Source: Entomortierella parvispora E1425 | Lineage: Eukaryota > Fungi > Mortierellomycota | Assembly (NCBI GenBank): GCA_020891255.1 | Contig: BQFW01000011.1 | Span: forward strand, 248,001 to 312,000 | Reading direction: 5' to 3' | Length of the DNA: 64,000 nucleotides | Shown here: one piece after another, positions 59,932-64,000 of the stretch | Layout of the letters: each line of letters begins with the position of its first letter | Numbering within the stretch: position 1 is the first letter of the stretch | Program-made: the position numbers and the translations under genes | Notes under the pieces: model-generated | What the model saw: the letters and a program-made list of their open reading frames with translations, nothing else | Database searches by the model: none | What the model was told of the DNA's origin: nothing

Positions 59932-60195
59932 TTAGCACTGACTGGGCCAGTTGCAGCAGATTGGCATGCCACCAGGGTAGCACCAGGTCGCGCACCTATT
60001 TTTTTTTTTTTTTTTTTTTTTTTTTGCAGAACCGCATGGAGTATGATTAGCAACATCGGACGATGACATTGTCGTGAGAATATGATTATAATATCCGTAC
60101 TGGCATGTCTGTGCCACCGCATCGGCGGGGACAGCAGCGCTGTGGGCGACGCCAATGACGGCAAGGGCTGCAACGAGGACAACTGAGAACTTCAT
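59932..60195 (-). CDS. Secreted micro-peptide precursor, 52 aa after splicing (6 Cys); exons 60195-60101 and 59995-59932
   Basis: Signal peptide MKFSVVLVAALAVIGVAHSA. Intron 60100-59996 (GTACGG...GCTAAT...poly-A-ATAG). Spliced product ends AQTCQCATWCYPGGMPICCNWPSQC*. Confidence 0.7.
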   Translation of the reverse strand: MKFSVVLVAALAVIGVAHSAAVPADAVAQTCQYGYYNHILTTMSSSDVANHTPCGSAKKKKKKKKNRCATWCYPGGMPICCNWPSQC

Positions 60196-61825
60196 GGTGA
60201 TTTTTTCTTGTTAGAAGAGGGCGGTTGAATAAAGGTTGACGATGATGGTGTTCGATCCAGTGGGAGGCATTAACTGCTTTTTATATGTCTGTGGAGGAGC
60301 AAATCTGCACGTCCCCCTCCTCTGTCGAAAAGTTTGAACTCAGGGCGAAGGAACGGCTCTCTTTCCTTTGTGCCCAGGATTTGTGACCAAAAGGTTGCAA
60401 CGGTGAGAAAACGTGTCCCCTGCTTGCAGATTCGACATTCTGATCGCTATTCTCCTCTAGAAACGCCCTCTGTCCTTCGCTTGTTATGTGTTTGTCAAGG
60501 ATGATCAGCGCTGTAATTCGCGATTAAATACCTTGCCCGGATTGTTTACATGTATCAGGATCTTGCAGTCACCATCGAAAGATCACAATCATTGTTCCGT
60601 GGCCACAATCATTCTTTCCAAGATATTGCGCCCCACAAAGACTGGTGTTTTCTGTGGGGGGGCTCCACACAATAACCATATTTTTTTTCCGCGGCGATCG
60701 GTTAACAAACAAATCAACAGAAAATATCGCTATCGATCAAGGAAGACACACCAACTGGAAGTTGTTGCGTCTGGAAATGCGCGAGGGCAGGTTTGCACAA
60801 AAACAATGATTGGCTTGGATAGACGTCAAATCTCTCTGAGCAATAGGGGCGCGCGCCACTCTAGACAATAAGAAACTCAAAGTGAATCTATAGGATGCTC
60901 GTAAGGCCGGAAGACGCGGCTCATGTCTCAATGTTTGCTAGGTGCCTGCGAAAGTTTGGTCGACTTGACTATTATCCTTTAATGTCACGGGCTATTTTGT
61001 GTGTTGTCGCGGTAGCCTGCTTCAAACGGGGAAGCAATCGAGCCTGACGCCATTGGAAATAGTGCAACGGTTGTCTAATAAATGCAGACGCGTGGTACTG
61101 CCAATGTAAAGCAGGGAACATTCAGTTATGTAGACAGGATCTGCACGGATGCTACCGGTAGCGTAGCACGCAGGTCTATTGCCCATGTAACTGTGTGCTC
61201 CTACCGCAAAAGGATCAAAGGAGGTGCATGGTGGTTCGGAATTTTACAAAACACGCGAGGTCGAGTGCCAATGACGCGTGCGATCGGGCCTAATTTGCAG
61301 GGCTGTGAAACCGTGTAATTGTCTCGTTCGTTCCTGTCAAGTTCTGGTCCTCACTTTCGGCTTGCTCTGGCTGCGCTTCTTCCCCTTGCCGATTTCGTGA
61401 CAATTTCACAGACGCTATAAGGGCAGGACCCTGGTAGAGTAGTGTGGAAGGTGAGCCAGGGGAGTTCAGAGATAAACTGACAGCGCTCGGATTGTAGCCC
61501 TCTGGTACAGAACAGCTGGACAAACAGGCCTCTGGGATAGGATGACAGTGGGATGGGTAGGGAGGCAGGAAGCACAAAGGGACGCAAGGAAAAAACGGAC
61601 AAAAAGAAATGGGAGTCAGAAGGAGGGGTAAAAAGAACGTAGGCAGACAGCGCACAGGCCTCAGAAGGCAGGGTGCATGGCTTGCTTCATTGTCATTCCT
61701 TTTCTCGAAGGCAAGGTGGCTTGGGGCACATCAACATCCACCTTTCCTCTATCCCTCTCTCTTTCCTTCTCTGTCCTCCCTTCCTTTCTTTCCCTTCCTC
61801 ATTCCCGCCTTCGTCATCACTTTCG

Positions 61826-63107
61826 ATGCGCATCTTTCTGATTCCGTTGTCGCGGACAACACGGACTCTGCATTGCCATTCCACCGTGCAGCCTTCCTCC
61901 ACCTCGTACCTGAACCGTGCCACGAACTGGGCTGGCAAGAAATGGGAGGAGCTTGGACAAGCAAAAGCCGACACCATGAAGCATCGTCTGCACCGTGCCG
62001 GAACAGGGATGCTGGAAAAGATTGAACACGAAGAGACATTTCTCAAGGCAGTGCCTGCCAAGGAAGACATCTCCATCACCACAGTGGTAATGCTCCGACA
62101 TGCATGATCTAAATCCCCATTCCAAGTTTTCTAGCTTGGATTCACTTGATTGATCCTTGGTTGTCGGTCTGTCCATCTCGTTGCCATAGGTACCGTTCAT
62201 ATACCCAGCTTCGCTCAAGGAAGCCAAGGCACAGGAGCAGGTTCGCCAGCTATTGGCACATCGGATACCTTACCATCGCAAATACATGATCTACTCGGCG
62301 CTTTGGGTCCCTGTCACTTCCCTGTTCACAATCGTGCCCTTGGTGCCCAACATCCCGTTCTTCTACAACGCATTTCGGCTCTGGAGTCACTGGAAAGGTA
62401 AGGCGGGACCCTTTTTGTTCTGGAAGGCTTGGCGCGCTCTTTTCCCGCTCATCTATACATTTCCACCAAGACCACCTCCCAAGGAAACCAAAGCCAGACA
62501 CTAACAATCTTTTTTCGTCAAATCCTTTTGAACCATCACAGCGTACAGCGGCGCCAAGCATTTGGAGTTCTTGGTGAAGAACGGAACCATGACGTTCGAA
62601 CCTAGCCCAGTTTTGGACCAAGGATTACAGCACGACCCCCAATTCGCCGTTTTCTTTAACGGATCATACCACCTCTCCAACACACGGCGATCGGCTTGGA
62701 TGCGAAAGACCGAATTGAGCGATGTGATCTTGGCGGAATCTTCGGGGGAAATCACTCCGACGCTGTCTTCGTCATCGCCAACCCCACCAACATCGTCCTC
62801 TACGTCGTCGCAGGCAACATTGTCTTCGACTAATAATACAGAAAGGCATAGATCCACGGGATCCTCGACACCACGAAAATCAGAGAAGCCAGCAAAGCCA
62901 AAGCCAATGCCCACAAGTGTCGATGATCCGTTGACAATGACAGACCATGTCGTGCGAGAGGGCTTCTTGACCGATGCTGAGATTCAAAGTATATGTATTG
63001 CGTTTGATCGGCCGCCGATGATGACCCGTGAGATTCAACGCGCGCGATTTCAAGAGGCAGAGAAAGTGGTGAAGCGGCTACTGAGTGCCCCACAGGAAAC
63101 AGAATAG
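61826..63107 (+). CDS. Mitochondrial K+/H+ exchange-related protein (DUF2343 / YDL183C-like), 344 aa; exons 61826-62086, 62190-62397, 62542-63107
   Basis: MRIFLIPL start, KKWEEL, IEHEETFLKAVP, IPYHRKYMIYS..LVPNIPFFYNAFRLWSHWK|AYSGAKHL. The splice junctions keep the frame. Confidence 0.8.
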
Positions 63108-63290
63108 ACATCCTATAAACGTGCGGACGGATAGTGGCGCAACCTTTTAGACACATATTTCGACACCACGAAACTGGTGCGAACACCAGCCTTTCTGCCG
63201 ACGTTGTTTGTTGAAAAATGACAAAAGAATGATAGACCCACAAAAGATGGTGCATCAAATGTATTTATTGATAAGCTCAAAATCTAAACA

Positions 63291-64000
63291 CTACTGCCTC
63301 AACGCCGAATCAACTGTGAAGAGACGAGGAGCAATCGACATTGACATCAACTCTTGAACAAGCAACTTCATAGAATAGGGGATGTGGATCTGAGAAATCT
63401 GTGTCGTGTTCTTGCACGATCGACACTCAAAACTGTTCTTGGACAGGGATGCAATCGCCATCAGTCCACAAAGGTCGCAGACATGCACCCGATAAGCATC
63501 CGACGCATCAAACAAACGTTCCTTCAGGAACTGAGCCACTCCGTGAGAGATCATACTATATAGATCAAAGAATATCCTCCAAAGGTTAGCAGGCAAAAAA
63601 AAAACTCTAGCGAGATGTCAGAGAAATAATCGACAAACAAAATAAAACATACCAATCACGTTCCATCTCTCCGAAACGAAGACCTCCGTCACGACTCCTT
63701 CCTTCCACAGGCTGACGGGTAAGGATCTGCACGGGTCCTCTAGCACGCGAATGAATCTTGTCATCCACCATATGCTTCAAACGCTGGTAGTAAGTGGGTC
63801 CCAAGAACACCTGGGCAGCCAATTTGCGTCCGGTGTGCCCGTTGTACATAACCTCAAATCCACGCTGCTGGTAGTTGTGCTTCTTCAGAGCTTCCGAGAT
63901 AGCCTCCACAGTCACGTCCGTAAATGGTGTGGCATCACCCTCACTTCCCTCCAACGTCGATACCTTGGACAGTAGACACTCGACCAAATGCCCGATGGTC
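63291..64000 (-). CDS. RPB2: RNA polymerase II second-largest subunit, 3' end (gene continues beyond the window); intron 63652-63556
   Basis: [71 protein letters not shown]|[35 protein letters not shown]. Confidence 0.97.

Noticed and set aside
4590-60025. Many long poly-A/T runs producing poly-Lys/poly-Phe ORFs
   Set aside because: Common intergenic and intronic homopolymers. These ORFs are artefacts, except the spliced micro-peptide at 59932-60195.

Overview
Eukaryotic, fungal genomic DNA: short GT-AG introns, some with A-rich 3' ends, plus RPB2, CotH, OPT and DUF3712-type genes. The gene set and style suggest Mortierellaceae/Mucoromycota (inference; confirm with the RPB2 fragment). Both ends carry ordinary fungal genes. 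Left: ABCC transporter and AAA ATPase. Right: two OPT-family transporters, a large DUF3712-like membrane protein, a mitochondrial DUF2343-like protein and the RPB2 3' end. The middle (~7-42.5 kb) looks like an accessory region. It holds a decayed Ty3/gypsy pol, a decayed long inverted-repeat element enclosing an HsbA-like gene, a 319-bp MITE with a 9-bp TSD, and an apparently intact 4345-bp PIF/Harbinger transposon with 617-bp TIRs. It also holds several secreted proteins and a 23-aa x11 repeat protein. The most striking feature is an intronless 964-aa ORF (24292-27186) that fuses a bacterial-type sucrose-phosphate-synthase-like GT4 domain to a sucrose-phosphate-phosphatase-like HAD domain. 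That would be a one-gene sucrose-type disaccharide pathway, which is not a known fungal capability. All family calls are by-eye motif recognition; no searches were run.
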